Below are positions 18,862 to 28,307 of a stretch of DNA of 57,324 nucleotides, piece by piece. Each line of letters starts with the position of its first letter. Within the stretch, counting starts at the first letter, position 1. A model generated the notes under the pieces. It searched no databases and was not told where the DNA came from. It was given only the letters and a program-made list of their open reading frames with translations. Where the stretch lies: NCBI GenBank assembly GCA_031281735.1, contig JAITEZ010000075.1, positions 1-57,324 on the forward strand, written 5' to 3'. The position numbers and the translations under genes were made by a program. This DNA comes from Deltaproteobacteria bacterium (GTDB taxonomy: Bacteria > Desulfobacterota > Desulfarculia > Adiutricales > Adiutricaceae).

Positions 18862-21800
18862 ATGAGGCCCACGCTCCCCCAGCTCCTGGTGGTGTGCGCG
18901 GCCTTCCTCACCCTGAGTCTCGTCTCGTATTTCTACGTCTCCAACATCATGAAGCGGCAGGTGGACCTCTACTCGGGCTCCGAGATGGAGGTGCACCGGA
19001 TCCGCATGAGGTCGCTCCTGAACGCCCACGAGTCGGCGCTGCTGCACGCGGCGGCGTCCGTGGCGTTCGAGTCCTCGCGCGGCGCGAGCCCCGAGGAGCT
19101 CCAGGAGCTCCTGCGGTCCCTTTCCCAGGTCTTCTCGACGCAGCCCGAGATGGAGGGGATCTTCGTCTCGGTATACGGCTACATCAGGGGCAACTACCTG
19201 GACGCGACGAGCTGGATACCGGGGGAGTTCTTCTACCCCGCCACGGCCCCCTGGCTGAGGGGTGCCCTCCTCACGAAGGGCATCTTCCACACCAGGCCCT
19301 ACATCGACCCCCGCACCGGCGACGCGGTGGCCGCCGTCTCGACCGTCGTCTACGACTCCGACGGCGGGCCCCTGGGCGTGCTCGCCATCGACTACTTCCT
19401 GAACCCGATAATCGACCGCGTGAGGAGCTACCGCATCGCCGAAAGCGGCTGGGGCTTCCTCCTGGACGACTCCTTCACCATCCTCACCTGCCCGGATCAG
19501 GCCTACATCGGGCGCAAGCTCTCCGAGTACCCCGGCTTCGGGCCCCTCGCCTCAGAGCTCATGGGGCAGGCGGGCGGGCCGAGATCCGATGCCGGCTACG
19601 CTCCCCAGCCCCAGCCCCAGGACGGGGAGGGGGCCGCCGCCTATACCCCCCCGCCGGCCGGGGGCGACCGTCCCGGCGGCCGGGGGGAGGGAGCGGGGGA
19701 CGCGCCTTCCCCTGCCGCCGGCGGCGCGGCCGCCCCTCCGGCCGGCGCCCCGGGCCGGGGGGAGCCCCCGCCCCGGCCTGCGGCAGGCCCCCCGGCGGAC
19801 GGGGCGCCCGGCGAGCAAGGGGCCCTGGGGTCCGGCGGGGTGCTGGTGAAGTCGCTGGAGCTGGCCGGCTCCAACAACATAGTGTTCTTCAGCACGCTCG
19901 AGAACGGCTGGCACATCGGGATCGTGTCGCCCTACCGGTACTACTACTCCGAGGTCTTCCGGCTGTTCCCGGTGATCTCGCTCCTGGGCGCGGCGCTGGC
20001 CCTCCTCGTCTGCGCGATACTCGTCCGCATGAGCCAGGCCAAGACGCGGAGCGAGGAGGAGTCGCTCCAGAAGTCCTCCTTCCTGGCCCGCATGAGCCAC
20101 GAGATCCGCACCCCCCTCAACGCGGTCCTGGGCATGTGCGAGCTGGCCCGCCGCAGCCTCGGCAAGCCCGAGGCGGCCGAGTACCTCGCGGGCATCCGCA
20201 GGGCGGGGGGGGATCTGCTCACCATCATCAACGACATCCTGGACTTCTCGCGGATCAGCGCCAGGAGCTCCGAGTTCAACGTGGCCCCCTACTCCACCTC
20301 CTCCATGCTCTGCGACGCCCTGGTCTTCCTCAAGATCCGCATGGAGGGCAACCACGTGGGCTTCAAGGCGGCCGCCTCCCCCTCGCTCCCCTCGCGCCTC
20401 TTGGGGGACGAGGTGCGGGTGCGACAGGTGCTCACCAACCTCCTGTCCAACGCCGCCAAGTACACGCGCCGCGGCTCCATCTCGCTCGACGTGGGCTGCA
20501 GCGAGGAGGCGCAGGGCAGGGTCCGGCTCTCCTTCCGCGTGGCGGACACGGGCATCGGCATCCGCCGCGAGGACATGGACTCGCTCTTCGGGGAGTTCGT
20601 GCGGCTCGAGCAGGGGGGGGTCAGGCACATCGAGGGGACGGGCCTGGGGCTGTCCATCACGCGGAGCCTGTGCCGCGCGATGGGGGGGGACGTCAGCGTC
20701 GAGAGCGAGTACGGCAAGGGATCGGTCTTCACGGCCGAGGTGGTGCAGGGGGTGGCGGACCCCACCCCCATGGGGTCGCTCGAGGAGGAGGCGCGCCCGG
20801 GCGAGGAGTGGTCCCCCGACAGGCCGGACGCGGCGCCCTTCACGGCGCCCGGCTTCCGGGTGCTCATCGTGGACGACATCGAGACCAACCTCCTGGTGGC
20901 CAAGGGCCTGCTCGAGCCCTACGGCATGGACGTCGAGGTCTCCCTGATCCCCAGCCAGGCGGTGGAGCTCTGCGAGTCCGTCCCCTTCGACCTGCTCTTC
21001 ATAGATCACATGATGCCCGAGATGGACGGGGCCCAGACCATGGAGCGCATCAGGGGCCTGGGCGAGCGCTGGAAGAGTGTCCCCATCGTGGTGCTCACTG
21101 CGGCCGTCATGGCCGGCATGAAGGAGATGTTCCTCTCCAAGGGATTCGACGCCTTCCTGGGCAAGCCCATCGTTTTCTCCGAGCTGGCCCTCATCCTCGA
21201 CCGCTTCGTCCCGCAGTCCCGCCGGGTCGCGCCCAGCGAGGCGAGGGCGGCGGGATCCTCCACGCGGGCGGGCGAGGGCATCTCCATCCAGGGCATCGAC
21301 GCCATCTCCGGCCTCAGGCGCATGGGCGGCAAGCGAGCGGACTACATCAAGGCCCTCACCGTCTTCCGCAGGGATCTCGAGGAAAGGAGCCAGGCCCTGG
21401 GCGCGGTGGAGCAGGGGGGGCTCGAGGCCTTCCGCATCCAGGTCCACGCCGTCAAGAGCGCCGCCGCCAACGTGGGGGCGCTGGGCCTCTCCGAGGAGGC
21501 GGCGCTCCTCGAGGAGGCGTCCTCCAGGGGCGATCTCGCCGGCGTGCGGACGCGGCTCCCCCGCCTGACCGCCCGCCTCGCGTCCATCACTGCGGCCATC
21601 GCGGGGGCCCTCCGGCGGGAGTCGGAGACCGCGGCCCCGCCGGCCCACGATCCCCCGCCAGCGGCGGGCCCGGCCCCCGCCCCCGCAGGTGCCCCGGCCG
21701 CCCCCGCGGGTACACCTGCCGCCCCCGCCGCCGGGGACTACGGCCGGAGCCCCGCGCTCGGCAACGGCGATGGGGCCCCCCTCCCCCCCGACGGCGGCCC

Positions 21801-22098
21801 CGCTGATCCCGGCGCTCCCGTAGCGGCGAAGCCGGTCGCGCAGGCGGGGGCCCCCGCGGGCGGCAACGGCGGGGGGCCGGGCGTGTTCCCGCGCCTCAAC
21901 GTGGAACGGGGCCTCCTGCTCGACCTGCGGCAGGCCCTCGCCAAACGGGACGTCCGCGAGATCGACCGCCTCCTGGAGGGCATCGGCTCCGCCGCGACCG
22001 ACCCCGGTACCAGGGAGGCGGTCGAGCAGATCTCGACGCGTGTCCTCATGGCCGACTACGACGAGGCCGAGTTCCTCGTCGCGAAGAGCATAGGCTGA
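18862..22098 (+). CDS. Hybrid sensor histidine kinase (TM, double-Cache-like sensor, TM, HisKA, HATPase_c, REC, Hpt, C-terminal helical domain)
   Basis: Start at ATG 18862 (MRPTLPQLLVVCAAFLTLSLV). H-box FLARMSHEIRTPLNAV, N-box LTNLLSNAAKYT, G-boxes DTGIGI and GTGLGLSI, REC VLIVDDIETN...DLLFIDHMMPEMDG, and Hpt VHAVKSAAANVGA. Confidence 0.9.
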   Translation: MRPTLPQLLVVCAAFLTLSLVSYFYVSNIMKRQVDLYSGSEMEVHRIRMRSLLNAHESALLHAAASVAFESSRGASPEELQELLRSLSQVFSTQPEMEGIFVSVYGYIRGNYLDATSWIPGEFFYPATAPWLRGALLTKGIFHTRPYIDPRTGDAVAAVSTVVYDSDGGPLGVLAIDYFLNPIIDRVRSYRIAESGWGFLLDDSFTILTCPDQAYIGRKLSEYPGFGPLASELMGQAGGPRSDAGYAPQPQPQDGEGAAAYTPPPAGGDRPGGRGEGAGDAPSPAAGGAAAPPAGAPGRGEPPPRPAAGPPADGAPGEQGALGSGGVLVKSLELAGSNNIVFFSTLENGWHIGIVSPYRYYYSEVFRLFPVISLLGAALALLVCAILVRMSQAKTRSEEESLQKSSFLARMSHEIRTPLNAVLGMCELARRSLGKPEAAEYLAGIRRAGGDLLTIINDILDFSRISARSSEFNVAPYSTSSMLCDALVFLKIRMEGNHVGFKAAASPSLPSRLLGDEVRVRQVLTNLLSNAAKYTRRGSISLDVGCSEEAQGRVRLSFRVADTGIGIRREDMDSLFGEFVRLEQGGVRHIEGTGLGLSITRSLCRAMGGDVSVESEYGKGSVFTAEVVQGVADPTPMGSLEEEARPGEEWSPDRPDAAPFTAPGFRVLIVDDIETNLLVAKGLLEPYGMDVEVSLIPSQAVELCESVPFDLLFIDHMMPEMDGAQTMERIRGLGERWKSVPIVVLTAAVMAGMKEMFLSKGFDAFLGKPIVFSELALILDRFVPQSRRVAPSEARAAGSSTRAGEGISIQGIDAISGLRRMGGKRADYIKALTVFRRDLEERSQALGAVEQGGLEAFRIQVHAVKSAAANVGALGLSEEAALLEEASSRGDLAGVRTRLPRLTARLASITAAIAGALRRESETAAPPAHDPPPAAGPAPAPAGAPAAPAGTPAAPAAGDYGRSPALGNGDGAPLPPDGGPADPGAPVAAKPVAQAGAPAGGNGGGPGVFPRLNVERGLLLDLRQALAKRDVREIDRLLEGIGSAATDPGTREAVEQISTRVLMADYDEAEFLVAKSIG

Positions 22099-22236
22099 CG
22101 CCGCCATGACGGCGGCGCTGCCGGGGGCCCGTCCCGCCCCCGGCCAACGGGCAAGGAGCCAGCAGACGATGCCTGACCTTCCCAAGCGATCCGGGGGGGC
22201 CCCGCCTTCCCGCCCGACGCGCCGGGGCTCCCCGTC

Positions 22237-23349
22237 ATGAGCGGCGACTGGTACAGCGAGGCCGAGGAGGCGGCGCCGGGCCGCCGGAAAGTCATGATAG
22301 TCGACGATGACGTGACGAACCTCATTTTCGCCAAGTCGGCGCTCTCCGAATCCTACGACGTCTTCACGGCGCCCTCGGCGGCCAAGATGTTCGAGATCCT
22401 CGCCCGCGTCCTGCCGGATCTCATCCTCCTGGACATCGCCATGCCGGAGGTAGACGGCTACCAGGCCCTCAGGAGGCTCAAGGCGGACTCGGTCGCGGCC
22501 GGGGTGCCCGTCATCTTCCTCACCGCCCTGAGCAACGCCCAGGCCGAGGTGGACGGGCTGTCGCTGGGCGCCGTCGACTACATAAACAAGCCCTTCGACC
22601 CGGCGCTCCTGCGCAAGCGGGTGGAGCTGCACCTGACCATGCAGGAGCAGAAGCTCCTCCTCGAGCGGCAGAAGGCCGAGCTCCTTTACTTCAACCGCAA
22701 CCTCATGGGCCTGGTGGAGGACAAGACCTCGCGGCTGGTGGAGCTCCAGGGCGCCATCCTCTCCACCGTGGCGGATCTCGTCGAGTGCCGGGACGACTTC
22801 ACCGGCGGCCACGTGAACCGCACCAAGAAGTACCTGCGGCTGCTCGCGGACGCCCTCGTCGGCTCGGGCCTCTACTCCGACCAGACGAGGGCCTGGGACA
22901 TAGAGCTTCTCTGCCGCTCCTCCGAGCTCCACGACGTGGGGAAGATCTCCATCTCCGACTCCATCCTCCTCAAGAAGGGCAGGCTCACCCCCCAGGAGTT
23001 CGAGGCGATCAAGCTCCACACGACCTTCGGCGTGCTGATAGTCGACCGCATCGCGAGTGCCACCAACGAGCAGGACTACCTCAGGCACGCCAGGATCTTC
23101 GCGGGGACTCACCACGAGAAGTGGGACGGCACTGGCTACCCAGCGGGCCTCGCGGGCGCGGACATCCCGCTGGAGGGCAGGCTCCTGGCCATCTGCGACG
23201 TCTACGACGCCCTGATCTCCCAGCGCCCGTACAAGGAGCCGATGAGCCACGAGCAGGCGGTGGGCATCATCATGGAGGGGCGCAGCACGCACTTCGACCC
23301 CGCCATCATCGACGTGTTCGAGTCGGTGAGCGGGTCGTTCAAGCCCTGA
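22237..23349 (+). CDS. Response regulator with HD-GYP phosphodiesterase output domain (RpfG-like)
   Basis: REC motifs (VMIVDDDVTN, LILLDIAMPEVDG, INKPF). HD-GYP motifs (HVNRTKKY, ELHDVGKISI, HHEKWDGTGYPAGL, AICDVYDAL). Confidence 0.9.
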   Translation: MSGDWYSEAEEAAPGRRKVMIVDDDVTNLIFAKSALSESYDVFTAPSAAKMFEILARVLPDLILLDIAMPEVDGYQALRRLKADSVAAGVPVIFLTALSNAQAEVDGLSLGAVDYINKPFDPALLRKRVELHLTMQEQKLLLERQKAELLYFNRNLMGLVEDKTSRLVELQGAILSTVADLVECRDDFTGGHVNRTKKYLRLLADALVGSGLYSDQTRAWDIELLCRSSELHDVGKISISDSILLKKGRLTPQEFEAIKLHTTFGVLIVDRIASATNEQDYLRHARIFAGTHHEKWDGTGYPAGLAGADIPLEGRLLAICDVYDALISQRPYKEPMSHEQAVGIIMEGRSTHFDPAIIDVFESVSGSFKP

Positions 23350-23410
23350 GCCCCGCCGGGCCTCCCCCCGCGGCCGGCGCGGAGCCCGGATCCCGCCGGG
23401 CGGGGCCCGG

Positions 23411-24781
23411 CTAGCCCTCGGCGGTGAGGTTCGGCTGGCCGGTGCGCTCCAGCACGCTGTTCCAGAGCTCGCCCATGGGGTCCACCTTCTTGCGGACCTC
23501 GATGGCCCTGGCGATCGGCACGTGCACGAAGTGGTCGTTCCACTGGCCGATGAGGCAGTTGGTCTTGCCGGCCATGGCGGCGTGGGCCGCCTTCTGGCCC
23601 AGGAAGCTGCAGAACACCTGGTCCGTGGAGTTGGCGGGCGCGGAGCGGATGATGTAGCTCGGATCGATGTACTTGAGGTTGATCTCCTGGCCAAGATCCC
23701 GGAAGTAGGCCTTGATGCGCTCCGCCAGGTAGGTGCCGATGTCCTTGTTGAGGACGTTGCCGGACGCGTCGCGCTCCAGGGCCTCGTCGGAGAAGAACTT
23801 CTGGCCCGCGCCCTCGGCGACCACGATGACCGCGTGGCCCCGGGAGGAGAGCCTCCGGTAGAGACGGTCGAGCAGCGCCCCGGGGCCGTCCACGTCGAAG
23901 TCTATCTCGGGGATGAGCACGAAGTTCGCGTCCCCGCGGGCCAGGGCGGCGGTCGCCGCTATGAAGCCCGAGTCGCGGCCCATGAGCTTCACGAGGCCCA
24001 CGCCCCAGGGGGCGCCCAGGGCCTCGGTGTGGGCGCTCCGGATGACCTCCGTCGCCACCGCCACCGCCGTCTCGAAACCGAAGGAGCGCGAGACCAGGCT
24101 GATGTCGTTGTCGATGGTCTTGGGGATGCCGATTACCGAGATCTTGAGGCCCCGCTCCCTGATCTCCTGGGAGATGTAGAGCGCCCCCTTGAGGGTGCCG
24201 TCCCCGCCGATGCAGAAGAGTATGTTCATGTTGAGCCGCTCGAGGGAGTCCACCAGCTCCTCTACGGACTGGTTGCCCCGGGAGGAGCCCAGCATCGTCC
24301 CCCCGAACTGGTGGATCTCGGCGACGGTGGAGGGGTTCAGGGTCACCAGGGCGTGCCCGTAGGAGGGGATGAGCCCCTGGTAGCCGTAGCGGATGCCCTG
24401 GATGTTCTGGACGCCGTAGCGGTAGAACAGGGTCATCACGAGGGACCTTATGACGTCGTTCAGGCCCGGGCAGAGGCCGCCCGCGGTGAGGATGCCCGCG
24501 CGGACCTTGGAGGGGTCGAAGTAGATCTTGCGCCTGGCCCCCGCCTGCTCGAAGCTCGCGGGCCGCTGGCTGTCGGCCGCCAGGTTCTCCACCGAGGCCA
24601 GGGTCGCGTCCATCAGGATGCGCTGGGAGTCGTCCGTGAAGGCATCCCAGGCGATGTTCTCGGCGATCCTGTTGGCGGCGGAGGCGGCCTTGGCCAGCAG
24701 GGGGTTGTCTATCTTTGTCGGCCCCAGGGTCTCGATAACCAGCTGGTTGTCAGCCTCTGGGTTGGGGGTGGCTTTGGTCAT
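23411..24781 (-). CDS. pfk: 6-phosphofructokinase, PfkA family (long, PPi-PFK-like clade; phosphoryl donor ambiguous)
   Basis: Start at ATG 24781 (MTKATPNPE) with GAGGAG 9 nt upstream. Motifs GGLCPGLNDV, CIGGDGTLKGA, GIPKTIDNDIS and LMGRDSGFIA. Confidence 0.9.
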   Translation of the reverse strand: MTKATPNPEADNQLVIETLGPTKIDNPLLAKAASAANRIAENIAWDAFTDDSQRILMDATLASVENLAADSQRPASFEQAGARRKIYFDPSKVRAGILTAGGLCPGLNDVIRSLVMTLFYRYGVQNIQGIRYGYQGLIPSYGHALVTLNPSTVAEIHQFGGTMLGSSRGNQSVEELVDSLERLNMNILFCIGGDGTLKGALYISQEIRERGLKISVIGIPKTIDNDISLVSRSFGFETAVAVATEVIRSAHTEALGAPWGVGLVKLMGRDSGFIAATAALARGDANFVLIPEIDFDVDGPGALLDRLYRRLSSRGHAVIVVAEGAGQKFFSDEALERDASGNVLNKDIGTYLAERIKAYFRDLGQEINLKYIDPSYIIRSAPANSTDQVFCSFLGQKAAHAAMAGKTNCLIGQWNDHFVHVPIARAIEVRKKVDPMGELWNSVLERTGQPNLTAEG

Positions 24782-25029
24782 CGGGAAAACTCCTCGGGAG
24801 CCGCGCCGCCGCGGGGGGTAAAGAGGGCAGGGTGGCGGGCGCGTGCGGTTCACTCAGATTTTATGGCTTTTCCCGGCCCCAGGCAAGGACGCCGGGCGGT
24901 CGGGACTCCCGCGGCCGGCGGCGGGGACGCCTGCGGGCCGCGGACCGGGAGCCAGGGGGCGGGGCGCGGCCTGGGCGGTTCCCTGCCGGGGCGAGGGGCC
25001 GGCCCCCTGGCGGGCCTTCGGTTCTGCAG

Positions 25030-25099
25030 ATAAATATAAAATATATAAATATTTATAAAATAATTATAAATTATTAATAAAATAAAATATTAAAAAAAA
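25030..25099. other. A/T island 2 (70 nt with no G or C)
   Basis: Read directly from the sequence. Bounded on the left by CTGCAGA (25024-25030). Lies in the divergent pfk / cydA intergenic region. Confidence 0.95.
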
Positions 25100-25591
25100 C
25101 AAGGAAAGCTTGTGGAACCGATGTCTTTCCCCAGTCATCATCACCCTTTCCGGTGGAGCTCCGCCCGCCCTGCCTTCCGCCGGGGCGGCAGGCCGCGCCG
25201 GGGAGGGCCGTCCGGTCGGCGCGCGGGGGGGGGCAGGCGGGCGAGCGGATCCGCGGCGGTGCGGCGCGGACGCGGCGGGTAGCCGGCGTATCGCGCGGGC
25301 CCGCGGCGCCGGCCGCGGGCCGTTTCCCGAGACTCCGCCCGCCGCCGGGTCAGACGGGTCGAGGCGCAACCGGCGAGCCGGGCGGCGCGGGAGGGAAGGG
25401 CGCCCCGCGCATTAGCAGTGCGGGAGGGAAGGTTCCCCACAATCAGTTGGAATTGCTTGAAAAACGCCTTCCTGCGAGCCTGGGTTTTACCGCGCGGGGA
25501 AGCGCCAGCGGTCGGCCGCGGGGGGCGGTCTTTCCCCGGAAGCCAAGCGTTGACGGGTAATTGGGGAGGGGAAGGGGTCCCACATAATTAA

Positions 25592-25620
25592 TTGACCGGC
25601 CGCTTGTCTGACGGTATAAT
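25592..25620 (+). promoter_or_regulatory. Sigma70-type promoter for cydAB
   Basis: TTGACC (25592-25597), a 17-nt spacer, then TATAAT (25615-25620), about 200 nt upstream of the cydA ATG. Confidence 0.55.
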
Positions 25621-25723
25621 CAAGGTATCCAGGAACCATTGCGTGCCCGGGCGGCCCCCGCCCGGCGGAGACTTTCACGGCGGCGGGGGCGGACGGAACG
25701 AAGACCGATATTCTTTTCCGCAT

Positions 25724-25771
25724 CACTACACGTGCAGACGGCATATCCACTACGCGTGCAGACGGCATATC
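25724..25771 (+). repeat. Tandem 24-nt direct repeat (2 copies, 1 mismatch) in the cydA leader
   Basis: CACTACACGTGCAGACGGCATATC (25724-25747) is followed immediately by CACTACGCGTGCAGACGGCATATC (25748-25771). Confidence 0.95.
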
Positions 25772-25819
25772 CGGGGAATATGTCAGCCTCATCACCTTTC
25801 CGTGCAACGGAGGACCCAG

Positions 25820-27145
25820 ATGGACCCTATCATTCTCTCCAGGCTGCAGTTCGCCCTGGCCACGATCGTCCATTTCCTGTACGTTCCCCTCACAATCGGC
25901 CTGAGCTTCTACATCGCCATCATGGAGACCCGCTACGTCCGGACGGGCGATGAGATGTACAAGACCCAGGCCAAGTTCTGGGGAAAGATCTTTCTCATCA
26001 ACTTCGTGCTCGGCGTCGTGACCGGCATAGCCCTCGAGTTCCAGTTCGGCACCAACTGGGCCATCTACTCGAAATACGTGGGCGACATCTTCGGCTCCCT
26101 GCTGGCGATCGAGGCCACCATGGCCTTCTTCCTCGAGTCCACCTTCATCGCGGTATGGGCCTTCGGCTGGGACAGGGTCTCCAAGAAGACGCACCTCGCC
26201 GCCATTTGGCTCGTGGCCTTCGCCGGCACCATCTCTGCGCTGTGGATCCTCCTGGCCAACGGCTTCATGCAGCACCCGGTGGGCTACGAGATCAAGGACG
26301 GGGTCGCGCGCCTCTCCTCCTTCTGGGCGGTGCTGACCAACCCCTACGGCTGGCTCATGTACTTCCACACCGTGTGCGGGGCCTTCATACTCACCTCCTT
26401 CCTCGTGATGGGCGTCTCGGCCTGGCACCTCTACTTCAACCAGAGCAAGGAGTTCTTCCTCGCCTCCTTCAAGCTGGCCTCGACCCTGGCCGTCATCTTC
26501 ACCCTGGCCTCCTTCGTCTTCGGCCACCAGCTGGGCCAGGCCACCAACAGGTACCAGCCCGCCAAGATGGCGGCCATGGAGGCGGTCTGGGACACCGAGC
26601 CGGACACCCCCATGTACCTCCTGACGCTCCCCAAGTTCACCAACGAGCCCGGCAACCTGATCCAGGCGTTGCCGGTGCCGGGGGCGCTGAGCTTCCTCGC
26701 CACCAACTCCTTCCACAGCACCATCAAGGGCCTGAACGACTTCCCGGCTGACGAGCGGCCCCTGGTCTGGCCGGTTTTCCTGTCCTTCAGGCTCATGATC
26801 ACGCTGGGCACCGCCTTCATCGTCATCGCCATCATCTCGGCAATAATCAGCAAGATGGTGGCCTCCCTGGGGTGGGGGCTGTGGGTGTACATCCTCTTGA
26901 TCCCGCTCCCCTACCTAACCCTGCAGCTGGGCTGGCTGGTGACGGAGCTGGGCAGGCAGCCGTGGATCGTGTACGGCATGCTGCGGACGGCCGACGCGGG
27001 GAGCCCGCCGGTCGACTGGTACCAGGTCCTCATCACGCTCCTCGCGATGGCGGCCATCTACGGGCTCATCTCGGTCTCCGGCTTCGTCCTCATGATCAAG
27101 GCGGCGATCAAGGGCCCGGACAAGCTTGACGAGCACTACGCCTAA
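25820..27145 (+). CDS. cydA: Cytochrome bd ubiquinol/menaquinol oxidase subunit I
   Basis: Start at ATG 25820 after GGAGG (MDPIILSRLQFALATIVHFLYVPLTIGL). Typical CydA motifs include GWLVTELGRQPWIVYGMLRT. Length is 441 aa, consistent with the short Q-loop type. Confidence 0.92.
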   Translation: MDPIILSRLQFALATIVHFLYVPLTIGLSFYIAIMETRYVRTGDEMYKTQAKFWGKIFLINFVLGVVTGIALEFQFGTNWAIYSKYVGDIFGSLLAIEATMAFFLESTFIAVWAFGWDRVSKKTHLAAIWLVAFAGTISALWILLANGFMQHPVGYEIKDGVARLSSFWAVLTNPYGWLMYFHTVCGAFILTSFLVMGVSAWHLYFNQSKEFFLASFKLASTLAVIFTLASFVFGHQLGQATNRYQPAKMAAMEAVWDTEPDTPMYLLTLPKFTNEPGNLIQALPVPGALSFLATNSFHSTIKGLNDFPADERPLVWPVFLSFRLMITLGTAFIVIAIISAIISKMVASLGWGLWVYILLIPLPYLTLQLGWLVTELGRQPWIVYGMLRTADAGSPPVDWYQVLITLLAMAAIYGLISVSGFVLMIKAAIKGPDKLDEHYA

Positions 27146-27169
27146 AAGGCCCAAGAAGGAGGGACTATC

Positions 27170-28213
27170 ATGGAATTCGAATGGCTGCAGGTTGTCTGGT
27201 TCGTCCTCTGGGGGGTCCTCTGGGGCGTCTATTTCCTTCTCGACGGCTTCGACTTCGGCGTCTCCATGCTCCTGCCGGTTCTGGGCGCGGCCAGCGAGCG
27301 CGAGCGCACGGCCATGTACAAGGCCACCGGCCCCTTCTGGGACGGCAACGAGGTCTGGCTCATCACCGCCGGCGGCGTGACCTTCGCCGCCTTCCCGCTG
27401 GCCTACGCCGTCCTGTTCTCCAGCCTCTACACGGCGCTCCTGATCCTGCTGTTCTGCCTCATCCTGAGGGGCGTGACCTTCGAGCTCAGGTTCCAGTGGG
27501 ACAACCCCTGGTACCGGCTCACCTGCGACGGCCTGGGGGTGCTGGCCAGCTTCGTGGCCCCGCTCCTCCTGGGGGTCGCCTTCTCCAACCTCTTCCGCGG
27601 ACTCCCGCTCCAGTTCGACCCGGCCCGGGACTTCTTCATGTACCAGGGGAACATCCTGAACCTCCTGCACCCGTACTGCCTGCTGGGCGGGGTGCTCTTC
27701 GTTGTGATGTTCGTCTACCACGGGGCGCTGTACCTGGCCTGGAGGGTCGACGGGGATCTGCGGAAGAAGTCCTTCTACATGGCCAAGCTCGTCTACCCCC
27801 TCTTCCTTCTCCTCTTCCTCCTCTACGTGGCGCTCACCTTCTTCTGGACCGACCACTTCATCGAGCCCTATCTGGCCTCGCCGTTCCTCTTCGCGATCCC
27901 CGTGCTGTGCGCCGTCCTCTTCCTGAGCTCGGGCTACAACACCTACGTCAAGAACTCCGCTGGCCGCGCGGCCCTGGCCTCCTGCGGCGGGATCCTCACC
28001 TTCACCCTGTGCGGCGTCATGGGCATGTTCCCGAACCTCATCCCCTCGCGGCTGGACTTCGCGAACTCGAGCCTGAACCTCGCCAACGCCTCCTCTTCCA
28101 ACCTGACCCTGGGCATCATGCTGGCCGTGGCCGTGGTCTTCGTGCCGACGGTCATCGGCTACCAGATCTGGGCGCACAGGAAGCTTTCCTGGACCGTCAA
28201 GGCCGACTATTAG
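27170..28213 (+). CDS. cydB: Cytochrome bd oxidase subunit II
   Basis: ORF 27170..28213 with AAGGAGG upstream. CydB-like N-terminus (WFVLWGVLWGVYFLLDGFDFGVSML...WDGNEVWLI). Confidence 0.92.
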   Translation: MEFEWLQVVWFVLWGVLWGVYFLLDGFDFGVSMLLPVLGAASERERTAMYKATGPFWDGNEVWLITAGGVTFAAFPLAYAVLFSSLYTALLILLFCLILRGVTFELRFQWDNPWYRLTCDGLGVLASFVAPLLLGVAFSNLFRGLPLQFDPARDFFMYQGNILNLLHPYCLLGGVLFVVMFVYHGALYLAWRVDGDLRKKSFYMAKLVYPLFLLLFLLYVALTFFWTDHFIEPYLASPFLFAIPVLCAVLFLSSGYNTYVKNSAGRAALASCGGILTFTLCGVMGMFPNLIPSRLDFANSSLNLANASSSNLTLGIMLAVAVVFVPTVIGYQIWAHRKLSWTVKADY

Positions 28214-28271
28214 CCGCCGGATAAGCCGGCCGACCCCTGCCGCCCGCAGGCAGGGGGATCCGGCCGACACT

Positions 28272-28307
28272 GGAAAGGCCCCGGGATCCGCGTCCCGGGG
28301 CCTTTCC
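28272..28307. terminator. Perfect 15-bp inverted repeat hairpin 60 nt after the cydB stop (no T tail)
   Basis: GGAAAGGCCCCGGGA (28272-28286), a 6-nt loop, then TCCCGGGGCCTTTCC (28293-28307). Confidence 0.45.
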
